Assembly (NCBI GenBank): GCA_964016885.1
Contig: OZ024745.1
Span: 372,001-436,000, forward strand
Direction: 5' to 3'
DNA length: 64,000 nucleotides
Origin: Eledone cirrhosa
Lineage: Eukaryota
Translations under genes and position numbers: made by a program
Notes under the pieces: generated by a model
What the model saw: only the letters and a program-made list of their open reading frames with translations
Told to the model about the DNA's origin: nothing
Databases searched by the model: none
Shown: positions 1 through 11,214 of the stretch, in pieces
Position numbering within the stretch: position 1 is the stretch's first letter
Layout: each line of letters starts with the position of its first letter

Positions 1-1504
1 CACAACTCGAGAATTTACAATGCAAATAAGTCCGTGTTTAGTTCCTTTTGCCCGCCATGGAGTATTGGGCGACGAGAGTTCCGTACGATTAGAAGCCCTG
101 TCACAGGTCTGCTCTCATACCAGGTATCTGCTCGACCTTTCGGATCAATTTTAATAAAATGAAGGCAAGGGTTTGTAACCTCACGCTTCACAACACAGGT
201 CAAAAATTAACCTAGCATCTCGAATTGAAAAGAGTAGGGAGGGATTCCGTAACCCTAGCTAGGGGTCCATTCCAAGTACTGTTAGTTGGAGCCAGCTAAG
301 CCGCCTGTCACTCTAATCACTTCACTCGATGTTCAAAGGAACATTAAATTTAGAGATGTAAACTGGAATCTCTCTCTCTCACGTGTGTGTGTATACGCAC
401 ACACACACACACAAGAGAGAGAGAGTAGGCCTAAATACGAAATCGTTACATAGATGCAGTTTCGAATCTCAATTACGGTGTTAAGGGTTGTTCTGGAAGG
501 TAACAAGTGACATCACCTGGCATTTACAATATGAGTCATATCATCAATACATGTGTGTGTATTTGGCGGTAACCATCGCCTCTGTTACCTTGTCATAGAG
601 ACAGCAGTGTTTCGGTCATCCACGCTATCTAATGAATGTGCTAACAGTCTCTATAGTAACAAGCAGTAAAATACGTCATACCACTGACACACCCTGTTAG
701 TCAGATGACAAGAGGTAATTTTCCACACCTTTGTCCTAACCTAAATAAAGAACTGTTCTTATATTAACAAATAGAAATCGTTCATTTATGTCCTTGTTAA
801 CATAGCCATTATTTCATAAGCGGGTAAATTTACAATATCTCAAAGTATTTAGTTACGGAGTTGGAATCTCTTTGTTGTCACCTAAATGCTGAGCTGCTGT
901 TAATAAATAAATAGTTAATTTGTTGTTTGTTGGTTAGTTTATTTAAGATTTCTCCCCATATTAAGAAAGGTGGGTAGGTTGACAGGTCGTTGGAAAAACT
1001 GCCTCAAAATATTTAGTTAACGTAACTTTATGCGGAATTCGAATCCATTCCAAGTCGATTTTGCCAATCATCTTTACGAGATTGATATAAGATGTCACAT
1101 ATGTTAGTAATCAATATTTCCAAGAGAAAGAAAGGTAGGTGCAATGTCAGAAATACCGGAGGACTGAATATTTTTCACAACACCCGGGTTGACTATATAA
1201 GATAAACCGAGTACCAGTCATATACTGTAGGTAGACAAACCTAGTACCGCTAACAGAAGGACTCCAAATGGCCATAAAGTCCTGAGTGAGAGGGTCAATG
1301 GGCCAAAACTGAGATGAGGTGTGTAGAAAGGAGGGGGAGTTTCTACCAAGTATGCTAATCTTATCCACACGCTACCCCTTACTTTTATTTTATACACACA
1401 CACACACAGTAGAACGGATATTTAGTTTGTTGGAAATTCAACAAATATATATGTTTATAACTGATTCAGAGCACTCGACAGCTTTCTGGAGTAAATAATT
1501 CAGC

Positions 1505-2380
1505 CTGTCTATGTAAATCCGTAAAAGTCGAGAAGTACCCGACCGATTTTTTTCAAACTTTACACATGCCATTTTCATTTTCAATATAAACGCTACTTAA
1601 ACATCATAAGTAGCGTATAATTCGTTAAAAATTTGGTTTATTTAACAGAGGACCATTTTCGGTGGATTGAGGAAATGAAGAGGACCTTAAAATTTTTGTC
1701 GGTGCCCTGTTGACGTTTCGTGCTTTCATTACGCGCAAATCCGGGCCCTGTTGACGTTTCGTGCTTTCATTACGCGCAAATCCGGGCCCTGTGTACGTTG
1801 CCGTGTTACAGACACCGTAAAACTCACGTCTGTGCTATTTCTACTAAGACCCCTTTTGTTGCACCTACACCGCAGTATGAACGCCCTGCGCAAGTACGCC
1901 GAACAGCGGTTGTGCTAATTCCGCGGTGACCCCTCTGTAAACGCAGTGCAACCAGTGCCGCCCAGCGTTTGTGCTAATTGCACTATGCTAATTGCACCAT
2001 TCTGCTGCAGCTGCGTTGCCACGCTGATTTCGTCATCTCAATATCCCTACTTAAACGTACATCCCTACTTGGTTTTCACACAATTGACTACTTCAGACTG
2101 ACGTGTGTTCCCCATCTGTGACGTAATTCGTGAACAGACTTACGACATACATCCCCCACACAAGACTTACTCCTTTCGCATACAGGATTTCCGCAATCAG
2201 CCCCCTGACACCGCTACTACTGGATTCGGCCTGCTGGTATTCTACGTTTCCAGTAGATGAACAATCATTCCCTGAGAATAAGGGAATTCAAAAAGTACAC
2301 AGCTACATTCCTCAATCCTTGCATATGCGTGTTGCTATTTCATATTTCCTACCCCGTGCAACGCCGGGTTATGCTGCTAG
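1505..2380 (+). mobile_element. Non-autonomous Helitron-like element (5' boundary approximate)
   Basis: The 3' end has a GC-rich hairpin CCCGTGCAACGCCGGG (2353-2368), then CTAG (2377-2380) followed by T, the canonical Helitron terminus. The 5' part has the CTGTCT...CCGATTTTTTTCAAACTTTACAC motif typical of short Helitron/DINE-like elements. The interior is CpG-rich, unlike the flanks. Confidence 0.7.
1704..1791. repeat. 41-bp tandem duplication inside the Helitron-like element
   Basis: GCCCTGTTGACGTTTCGTGCTTTCATTACGCGCAAATCCGG occurs twice. Confidence 0.9.
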
Positions 2381-2984
2381 TATATATATATATATATATA
2401 TATTCATTTATTTGTTGCAAATGTTATATAATATAAATGAAATTTGTTGACTAAACATTCCTCTCTATTTATGACAAACTGAATTAGTAGCTAGAAGTCA
2501 CTTGTGAAAAAGAAAAAGTAAAGTTCTTAAAGTATTTCTTACAATAAAAACAGGTTCTTCACAACGAATGCTACTTATAAAAAAACTAAATATAGACCTG
2601 ATTGATATACTTAGGAAAATTCCGAATGTAGTTTCATAAAAAGCTCATGACTATTTTATAAAGATGGGAGTGGGAGAGTTATATTTATCTATTTATTTAT
2701 TGCATAAAACTTTCCAACGGCTGCTGTAACGGGTTATGGCGAGTATTTGGAGAATTACTTCCGTCATACACGTGCAGAATGTCTGGGGGTGTATCTTAGT
2801 TACTGTTACGACACTTACGTACAACTTTAGTGTGATATCGACTTACTATATTGCCTATAAACATCATGACCACACCTTTAGACAGAATGCTGCAGATTCC
2901 AAATTTTAGAATTCCAAACACTCGTTGCACCAGTTCTTTATCATCTCTTTAATACCAACAAAGAAAGTTCTCAGACAATAATTC

Positions 2985-3190
2985 TTTCTTACATTGGCAC
3001 AAGGCCAACAATTTTGGAGGGAGGGGAAACGATTAAATCGACACCAGTATTTGACTGGTACTTTATTTTATCAACCTCGGAAGGATGAAAGGCAAAGCTA
3101 ACCACGGCAGTATTTGAACTCAACATAAAAAGCCGGAATACTGCAAAGCATTTGTTCGATGCTCTGACGACTCAACCAATCCTCCACCTT
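2985..3190 (-). mobile_element. tRNA-derived SINE, family A (Meta-domain-like core)
   Basis: Reverse complement of the B-box GAGTTCAAAT, GCTTTGCCTTTCATCCTTCCGAGGTTGATAAAATAAAGTACCAGT and GGCCTTGTGCC, shared with about 10 other copies in the window. Confidence 0.8.
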
Positions 3191-3410
3191 CAGACATTGG
3201 ATAATTAAAATAATTTACATAGACTAATATCGCTTTTTTTCTCTCTTTATTGCATATTTTTTTTTTATTCTTTCAATTATTTATTGCTTTTTGTGCGTGT
3301 GGTGCCTTTGAATTATTTCATTACTCAGCAATTTGGTTTTCTAACACCAATAAATGTACAGTCTTATATATTTACAGAGTGATTCCCTCCATCACAATGT
3401 AAGTTTGGCG

Positions 3411-3470
3411 AAAACTATGGTTTGCTGATGAGGATAGAATAAGACTGAAATATGCCTGAAGTTGTTTTCC
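3411..3470 (+). ncRNA. Degenerate hammerhead ribozyme relic at the 3' end of a (TA)n-flanked insert
   Basis: CTGATGA-GGATAGAATAAGACT-GAAA-TATGCC. The core boxes are present, but helix II and the NUH triplet are damaged. It lies about 75 bp upstream of a (TA)n tract. Confidence 0.35.
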
Positions 3471-3519
3471 GTACTTGCCGAGAAAAGCATACTATCATTT
3501 ACTAATACGTTTTCCTCAC

Positions 3520-3561
<42 letters not shown>

Positions 3562-3660
3562 AAGTATTTCCGTAGGAAAGGTAAAGGAAAAGAGAGTGCT
3601 CTATGTAGGCTACAGAGCTTTTTAGTTATGTAATTCATATCTCACTTCCATTTTAATAAA

Positions 3661-3734
3661 ATTCATTCTGATGATTGAAGGCAGACGTGTATGCCAAGCT
3701 CGTCTGTCTTCGTGAAACCTTTGGTAAATAAAAT
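3661..3734 (+). ncRNA. Type I hammerhead ribozyme motif in a ~200-bp (TA)n-flanked insert (3559-3762)
   Basis: CUGAUGA (3668-3674); 11-12-bp helix II GAAGGCAGACG/CGUCUGUCUUC; GAAA (3714-3717); short helix III CC-UUU-GG; GUA cleavage triplet (3724-3726); partial helix I AUUCAUU/AAUAAA. The base of helix II is a U-U mismatch. Confidence 0.7.
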
Positions 3735-3825
3735 AATTATCTTCTGTTGTTTATTACATAACTATATATATATATATATATATATAGTTATAGGAATAAC
3801 CAAAGAGTGCTTAGAAATACATTGT

Positions 3826-3884
3826 TTTATTAGCTAACAGTGTTTCATCCGTACACCATGGCAGGAATCCTCAGAGCCTATAAA
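3826..3884 (-). ncRNA. Minimal type I hammerhead ribozyme motif in a ~135-bp (TA)n-flanked insert (3787-3920)
   Basis: The minus strand reads UUUAUAGGCU-CUGAGGA-UUCC...GGAU-GAAA-CACUG-UU-AGCUAAUAAA. Helix I pairs 9 of 10 positions, and the quasi-palindromic minimal helix III (ACACUGU) is typical of Penelope-associated hammerheads. Confidence 0.7.
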
Positions 3885-3933
3885 CATGAGTATATCAGTA
3901 GTTGCATGCTCCATCGAGGATATATATATATAT

Positions 3934-4447
3934 ATATTGTTATGCTTTGGGAGGGTCATGTTGCCAATAAGAAACACACGCACCAGTTGCTTTCACTTCA
4001 ATTTATTATAAATTAAATTTATAAATTTCCGGTTGGTTGGTTGGTTCCACAACCAGACGATTGTTCATATATTGTCAAAGTTCTTTCGTCACACATTCTA
4101 TGACGCCCGGATGTAACACATGCGCAAACTAAGCACACAACACACACAAAAACAAGATGGCGTATGACAGAACAAAGGAGAGGCTCAAAAACAAAGAAAA
4201 GAATCCCCCAGTCACTGAAGAGGTCACAGAATGTGTGACGAAAGAATTTTGACAATATATGAACAATCGTCTGGTTGTGGAACCAACCAACCGGAAATTT
4301 ATAAATTTAATTTATAATAAATTGAAGTGAAAGCAACTGGTGCGTGTGTTATTGGCAACATGACCCTCCCAAAGTATAACAATATCGGTTTCAACACACG
4401 TTTTCAGATAAAGAATCTTGCTAAACAAATTCAGAAACGAAATATTT
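3934..4447 (+). mobile_element. Penelope-like pLTR-derived insert with inverted 5' arm
   Basis: Inverted arms of ~165-170 bp (3934-4104 and 4223-4385), a ~118-bp spacer and a ~60-bp unpaired 3' tail. Flanked by (TA)n on both sides and contains a hammerhead motif. Confidence 0.7.
4211..4253 (+). ncRNA. Minimal hammerhead ribozyme motif
   Basis: GUCA-CUGAAGA-G-GUCACA...UGUGAC-GAAA-GAAUUU-UGAC, with helix I GUCA/UGAC and one extra G before helix II. The inverted arm retains GAAAGAACUU. Confidence 0.6.
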
Positions 4448-4519
4448 ATATATATATATATATATATATAATTTTTTCGGTCCCCCATCGGTCACTGATG
4501 ACCATGGTTTTGCATCTAA

Positions 4520-4782
4520 AAAGTTTTTCCCTCCTGTGAAAGGTTTTGTTTGTGGAAGACCAGCAGTCACCCATGCATACGAGTCTCCCCTCTCCATGCC
4601 ACTGATGTTGTCCAAGGGAAAAGCAATGGCCGATACAGCTTGGCACCAGTGACGTCATAACTCATTTCTACAGCTTGGAGCAACGTGAAATAAAGTGTCT
4701 TGTTCAAGGACACAGTGCATCACTCGGTCCGAGAATCGAACTGACAACTTCTCAATTGCAAGCTCAACGCTCTAACCACTCA
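4520..4782 (-). mobile_element. tRNA-derived SINE, family B (CORE-like GTGTCCTTGAGCAAGACACTT domain)
   Basis: The minus strand has GTGGTTAGAGCG (A-box), GTTCGATTC (B-box) and GTGTCCTTGAACAAGACACTTTATTTCACGTTGCTCCA. Confidence 0.75.
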
Positions 4783-5024
4783 TCCTCTACATTAAATAAC
4801 TAAACACTAGTTTAGCCTTACTGAACATCTTCTTTAATCTATTGCCCTTCCCATATAAACCCAACTACAATATCTTGGACTAGTTCTATCCTAAAATAGA
4901 AATAAAATAGTGTAGGGTGGGTGACCAATTGTAAATTAGTGTATCGTCTGTTTAATATCGCCATCGTCGTCATAATTTTAACCTTTTTTTCTATGATGAT
5001 ATGGGGTGGACGAGACCTTTTTGA

Positions 5025-5520
5025 AGTAGTAGTAGTAGCAACAGCAGCAGCAACAGTAGTAGTAGTAGTAATAGTAGTAGTAGTAACAACAGCAGTAGTA
5101 GTAGTAGTAGTAGCAGCAACAGCAGCAGTAATATTAGTAGTATATAGTAGTAGTAACAACAGCAGTGGTAGTAGTAGCAGCAGCAGCAGTAGTAGTAACA
5201 ACAGCAGTAGTAGTAGTAATAGTAGCAACAGAAGCAGTAGTAATAGTAGTAGCAGCAGTAATAGTAGTAGTAACAACAGCAGTAGTAGTAGTAGCAGCAG
5301 TAATAGTAGTAGTGGTAATAGTAGTAGCAGTAATAGTAGTAGTAACAACAGCAGTAGTAGTAGCAGCAGCAGTAATAGTAGTGGTGGTAGTAGTAGTAGT
5401 AGCAGCAGCAGTAATAGTAGTAGTGGTAGTAGTAGCAGCAGTAATAGTAGTGGTTGTAGTACTAACAACAGCAGTAGTAGCAGCAGTAATAGTAGCAGCA
5501 GCAGCAGTAATAGTAGTAGT
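5025..5520. repeat. (AGT/AGC/AAC)n low-complexity trinucleotide tract
   Basis: Direct inspection. It explains the poly-S, -V, -L and -T ORFs. Confidence 0.95.
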
Positions 5521-6344
5521 TAAATATATGTTAAACATAGTAAATTATTATAATGAAAATGTAGATAGCATCCACCATTGTTACCCCAATGATACGAGAG
5601 TTTAGAATGTGACGTAGGGAACCCCAAATGTCAGCATCTTTGTAGTTCCAGGACAGCGTTATTCGGGAGGATACTGAGGGCGACAAGTTCATTTCTACTC
5701 GTGGAAGCTCAACCATGCCAGTGGTCCACTACACCCCGATAGCAGTGAGTAGGGATGTTGTACGGGGACTAAGAACGCTAAAACTCTCCGCTGCTATAGA
5801 TTCAACGATAAACCGATGGGAAAGCGGTCGATATTTCAACAGTTTGCGATCGATCTTCAGCTTGTCTCAGGGCAACGAAATGTGGGTCTTTAATTGAACG
5901 TAACGGGGTTACTGCTGATAGACAGTGTCACTACTAGGGGAATTAACTATCTCTAATGTTTTCATCCTACAGGCAATTTCTAGTTATCTCCCCTAGACTC
6001 AATACTCTTCTTATGATCGAGAGAGAGAGAGAGAGAGAACATCAACACATGCACTTGTTAAGTCATATATTTTCACCCTTTTATTACCTAAATTTAATAG
6101 CTACAAGGTATTCCACTCATGCTGATGTAGAACCGGACTTTCACTTGCTGAGATCTTAATAAGCTATTTGAAATTTGAGGCTCTTCTCTAAAAAGAATTC
6201 GGGTGAAAAAAATGTTGAATAATTATATTATTTTTTATATTAATGTTAATGATAAAAAGTAAATAATATATATGTGAGTGTATGTGTAATTTTTCATGAT
6301 TAACAAAGAATAAAAACTAATGATAAAATAAATATATATATAAT

Positions 6345-6530
6345 TGTTTCTAGTTTTGGCACAAGGCCATTAATCCAGCGTATTACCCTGGGTTACCATT
6401 AACCCAGCGTATTACTGGTGCTTTATTTTATCGACCCCATAAGGATGAAAGGCAAAGTCAACCTCGTCGAACGTAAAGGGCCATGACTCTAGGCTGCAGA
6501 GCATGGTCTCTACCAATACTGCCAATCCCA
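6345..6530 (-). mobile_element. SINE family A
   Basis: GGCACAAGGCC...TTTATCGACCCCATAAGGATGAAAGGCAAAGTCAACCTCG. Confidence 0.75.
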
Positions 6531-6814
6531 AAAACTAATGAGGCCCCTGAGGGTATGTGTCCCTAAGCTTATTTGGCTATAGGAGAAAGTAATGTTGTAC
6601 AATTTTCTTTTAAGCTATCTTTTGTATGGACAAACAATTGCTATAAATCTGTTGTTAAACTGATGTCAGCTTTGAAAGGAGCTTTCTAGTCGGGACTTCC
6701 CTTTTATATAGATAACAACAATAGACTTTTTATTGTTTCATTCATTCAGTCATTCACATATCATTTGAGATGTAAATATCCCAGAAACTACAAAGTCCAG
6801 GTTATTGTTATATC

Positions 6815-7140
6815 ATTATGTTGCCACTCTAGACACGTCCGTAGTCACTCGTCACCACTAGTATCTATTCTCCGTCATGCATTGGGGGGCCTCATTGTTG
6901 TGACCGATGCAGTCTTTATTGTCAGGCCAGGGTTTTCTTTGTTTACCTTTTCTTCGCCCTCCCTCGATTGTGCCCTTTGTGGGTGATTTTAGACAAGGAG
7001 TTGTGGTGAGATACATGACAATACCAAACAAGCTTCCATCTTTTCACCATCGCAAGGAGTGGTTCCTGTCTGCCAACATATTTCTTAATTTGCTGCGTGA
7101 CAAAGCTGTGTTGTGCTCTCTGTATGGGATGTGTAGCAAC
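6815..7140 (-). mobile_element. Decayed RTE-clade LINE 3' fragment
   Basis: The minus translation GRQEPLLAMVKRWKLVWYCHVSHHNSLSK...GTIEGGRRKGKQRKPW matches the RTE ORF C-terminal pattern. A sister copy lies at 11215-11475. Confidence 0.75.
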
Positions 7141-7906
7141 AGATTAAATGTCACTAAAATCATTAAATGGCTATGTGGAGTTATTTTGCCTAACATTCTA
7201 ACAATTTGTTCAACTCACAGCTCTGGAGTGTTACTAGTGGTGAAAGATAAAGTTGACCACAGCAGGATGAGAATCCAGATCATAGTTGTACTATATTTTA
7301 TTGAAAGTTGACCTTGGCTGGATTTGAATTTCAGAGGTCAGAGAACTGGATCAAATACTGCAAGGTATTTTTTCTTTATGGTCTAACAACTGTCAAATAA
7401 CTGCCATGAATTGGTGTTCTGTATAAAAGCAATATTAGTAGGACAGCTGTTGAAATAGTCACCCTATGACACTGGTACTTATGATCCCTTAATACCTGCG
7501 ATTTCAAAGATTAACATACCAACCTGCTTCTATGAAACAAAACTACCCAGTATAAAAGGGGTCCTATAAAATACCCATTTTTAAAAGAGGCTCTATTTAA
7601 ATTAAAATCTTCCAATATAATTTCATATAAGAGCCATATGCAAAGTTACTTATTTTAGTTACAAAATACTAATTAATTTTAGTAAAAACCCTCAAATACT
7701 TCATTAGTTAATTGAAATAAAAATAGGGCAATGAAATATGTTTCTCTATGTTCACATGTATCAAACCTTATTTAAAACAGATAACGTACATTACTTTTAT
7801 TCAATATTGAAATACAATCTGTTTTACATTCAGTAATAAAATATTTCTTATAATGTGAAATTGGGATTAGTAATGACACAGCTTGTTGACAACTATGACA
7901 TCTGTC

Positions 7907-7907
<1 letters not shown>

Positions 7908-7970
<63 letters not shown>
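7908..7970. repeat. (CA)n microsatellite
   Basis: About 31 CA units. Confidence 0.98.
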
Positions 7971-7972
<2 letters not shown>

Positions 7973-8294
7973 TGTGTCACAATACTAAAGTCTTTAAATG
8001 CTCTAAAGATACTGTTAAGACTTGTCAGAGTGATAAGCAGAGGTTATCAGTGTTACAAGAAGGTTCCAGAAAGTTGTCATTCTAGAGATAAGGGTTTACT
8101 GCAAGGTTTAAGATAGAAGTAAGAAATATAGAAAGGGTGATGAGGGCAGAAAAGGTTCATAAATCAAGGGATGCACTGCTTTAGAAGAACAAGAACCCTT
8201 TTAATATAAGTCAGTTGTTGTTGCGCGCTTGGTCAAGTGGGGAAGTTAATGGAGCTATGACTATCTCATGTTTATTATAGATAAATATAAAGGG

Positions 8295-8510
8295 CAGTGG
8301 ATTAGCAGTATAATCGGTAGAGCGTCGGACATGTTTTGTGGCATATAGTTACATCCCTTTAGGCTCTGGTTTCAAATCCTGCCACGATTAGCTTTGCCTT
8401 TCATCCTTACAGGGTAAAAAAAAATGTACCAATAACTCACTGGGGTCAATTTAATAGACTTTCCTCACCCCCCAAATTGTTGACCTTCTGCCTAAATCAG
8501 AAACAATTAT
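8295..8510 (+). mobile_element. SINE family A
   Basis: GGTTTCAAATCC followed by CTTTGCCTTTCATCCTTACAGGG and CCTTCTGCCTAAATCAGAAACAATT. Confidence 0.7.
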
Positions 8511-8677
8511 TCGGACTCTTGTATCACCGAAAAACCTGGTTTTTGCGTTCATTTGTATCACATCCAGTTATATTTCATTGGTTAAAACAATGCTTTATAT
8601 GTGAAGACATTGTGAAAGCTACCTTGTAATGTTTCAAATGTTAACACTCTTATGAAGCATGAAATCTCTCAACTTAC

Positions 8678-8782
8678 CTGTGAATTAGACTGCCCTAAAG
8701 CTGGTGCAGACTGGCGGCGTTTGGAACTTTTTTGAAATATCCGTGAAGAACCAGAGGGTTGTCTTGGTGGAATGAGCTGGCT
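8678..8782 (-). CDS. Internal coding exon of an unidentified host gene (SQLIPPRQPSGSSRIFQKSSKRRQSAPALGQSNSQ)
   Basis: Acceptor TTTTCCAG and consensus donor CAG/GTAAGT. Length 105 bp, phase 0-0, only that frame open, and GC-richer than the flanks. Confidence 0.65.
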
Positions 8783-9039
8783 CTGGAAAATATTTTTAAA
8801 ATATACCATTTAACGGATTTAATTTAATAAAACATCTGGAATTTAGTTAAATCTTTCATTAGTATATGCAATTACAATGCATAAAATTACTTTTACATTA
8901 TATACACAAACATACATTATATACCTAAACATACATTCATCATCATCATCATCATCATTGTTTAACGTCCATCTTCCATGCTTGCATGGGTTTGGACATT
9001 ATATACACAAACATACATTATATACATAAACATACAATT

Positions 9040-9218
9040 GGTAGTATCGGTAGAGGGTCGGACACCATGCTTTCCAGCATAGTTACGTCCCTTTACGGTC
9101 TGAGTTCAAATCCCGCTGAGGTTAACTTTGCCTTTCATCCTTACGGGGTCGATAAAATAAAGTACCAGTAATACACTGGGTAATTTGCTGGCCTTGTGCC
9201 TAAAGTAGAAACAATTAT
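9040..9218 (+). mobile_element. SINE family A
   Basis: GAGTTCAAATCCCGCTGAGGTTAACTTTGCCTTTCATCCTTACGGGGTCGATAAAATAAAGTACCAG; near-identical to the copy at 45520-45710. Confidence 0.85.
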
Positions 9219-9250
9219 ATACCCAAACATAAAAATAAGCTCATGTTTTT

Positions 9251-9498
9251 GGAGGAGTGGTGTAGAGGAGGAGGAGGAGGAGGAGGGGTGGAGAGGAGGA
9301 GGAGGGGTGTAGAGGAGGAGGAGGGGTGGAGAGGAGGAGGAGGGGTGGAGAGGAGGAGGAGGGGTGGAGAGGAGGAGGAGGGGTGTAGAGGAGGAGGAGG
9401 GGTGGAGAGGAGGAGGAGGGGTGGAGAGGAGGAGGAGGGGTGGAGAGGAGGAGGAGGGGTGGAGAGGAGGAGGAGGGGTGGAGAGGAGGAGGAGGATG
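9251..9498. repeat. Polypurine 19-bp minisatellite (GGAGAGGAGGAGGAGGGGT)n
   Basis: About 12 units by direct inspection. Confidence 0.9.
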
Positions 9499-9635
9499 AT
9501 AAATTTAGTGAACTGCAATGACTTGAGTTAGTTCTATCTCCTCCATGATAGAAAAGAGAGCTAGCTCACCTTGACTTAGATTAAACCTCCACTGAATTAA
9601 TTGACAAATGTTGACAGAAAGAAACATTGAAATGA

Positions 9636-9823
9636 TATCACTACCATCACCATCATCATCATCATCATCACCACCATCATCGTCACTAACATCACCACCG
9701 TCACCACCACCACCATCACCACCACCACTACCATCACCATCAACACAATCACTATCACCATCACCACCATCATTAACACCACCACCACCAACAACAACAG
9801 CATCATTATCACCACCATCATCA
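9636..9823. repeat. (CAC/CAT)n low-complexity tract
   Basis: Direct inspection. Confidence 0.9.
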
Positions 9824-9904
9824 TGAACAACTAGATGTCCATAACTCATTAATATTCGTTCATTAAATTGATATAAGACAAATTACCAACTAAAGTCTGC
9901 CATC

Positions 9905-10190
9905 AGGCCAGTGCTTATCCTAGTCTTCTAGACATTAAGCAACTGAGAGTACAGGGCTCCCCTCCTGGACAGGACAGCAGTCCATTGCAGGGTTAAACTG
10001 CCGGTCAACTGACAGGAGACCCAAGGGTAGACCCTGAGTAAGATGTTTGGATAACATCCATGAACTGAAATGGTCCCACTTGGGGATCTAGCCAGATCAA
10101 TTGGTTGATCAGATGGTTGCTTCTGCCAGGACCCGCTGAGGACTCTGCCTCCAAACGGCCCTCTTACAAATAAGTAGGTGAAGTAAGCTA
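9905..10190 (+). mobile_element. Antisense SINE-domain fragment (9905-9990) joined to an Expander/Rex3-like RTE 3' fragment
   Basis: GCTTATCC...CTCCCCTCCTGGACAGGACAGCAGTCCATTGCAGGGTTA resembles a Deu/Nin-type SINE domain. The following RRPKGRP*VRCLDNIHELKWSHLGI...LLRTLPP-like decayed coding resembles the Expander C-terminus. A related RTE fragment lies on the minus strand at 41920-42080. Confidence 0.55.
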
Positions 10191-10202
10191 TATCTTCAAA
10201 AC

Positions 10203-10241
<39 letters not shown>

Positions 10242-11214
10242 CACATACATACATACACATATATACATAATCATTTCACAACCACTTTCCCTGCTAGCAA
10301 GGGTTGGACAGGTCTACCTAGACCAAGTCAGTACTGAAGCAAGGCTACTGACCTCACAGACAGGCCAAGGCATATGTATCCCATTTATATAGTCATACCA
10401 AGTGCAGAGAAGTTGTCTTTTGACACAAATTGAAGGGTCCTCCTAGCCGCTGTATGGAGACCTGTCAGAGAGACTGTACCTGTAATTCAAAAGTATAACG
10501 ATGACACACTAATTATTTGAGAATTATGTTAAGGTCACACATGTCGAAATATTGAAATATTCAGCCACTTTCTACACTAAATCAATAAATACTTTATTTA
10601 GTTAATCAAACCACTGAACACTCCTTCATTTATGTGTGTGTGTGTGTGAAAGAAAGAGAGAGTGTGTGTATGTGTGTATCAAACCACTGAACGCATACAA
10701 GAAGAGTGTGTGTGTGTGTGTGCAGAAACAGACAAAAACACACCCATCGATTATTCAAAAGTCTCATTCAACAACACAAAGACCCAACCAATACAATAAA
10801 CAAACCTCTATACCTCTTCCAATGAAAACCTTCACAAGCTTTACAAATGTCACCACTCATACCTCACTTTTTCTGATGACATTTTATGTTAATATTGCAT
10901 CTATGACAGTTAAAACCCTATTTCAAATACTTAGCTTCTTAGATCAGGAAATAAATAAAAACTTCATTTCTAAACAGTTACTGAACCTCTAGAAGGCACA
11001 AAAGTGACCTACATTAGAATACTGCCCCCCAGAGCAGCTGTTGTACAAAGTATTGTAGGCCAAATATTTCATAGATCTTAACTTTATATTCAAATTGGCA
11101 AGTCATGGTTGAAACCTGGTATCAATTTACATTAGCAAATTTTTCATTTTACTTATATCAGTAATTCCTTTTGAAATACCTTGCCACACCTGATGCAGCC
11201 AGTCATTGGTGTGC

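Noticed and set aside
4839-5605. Poly-L/S/T/V ORFs (likewise at 9.1-9.8, 18.8-19.2, 32.6-33.3, 42.3-42.9 and 60.4-60.9 kb)
   Set aside because: They are translations of trinucleotide low-complexity tracts.
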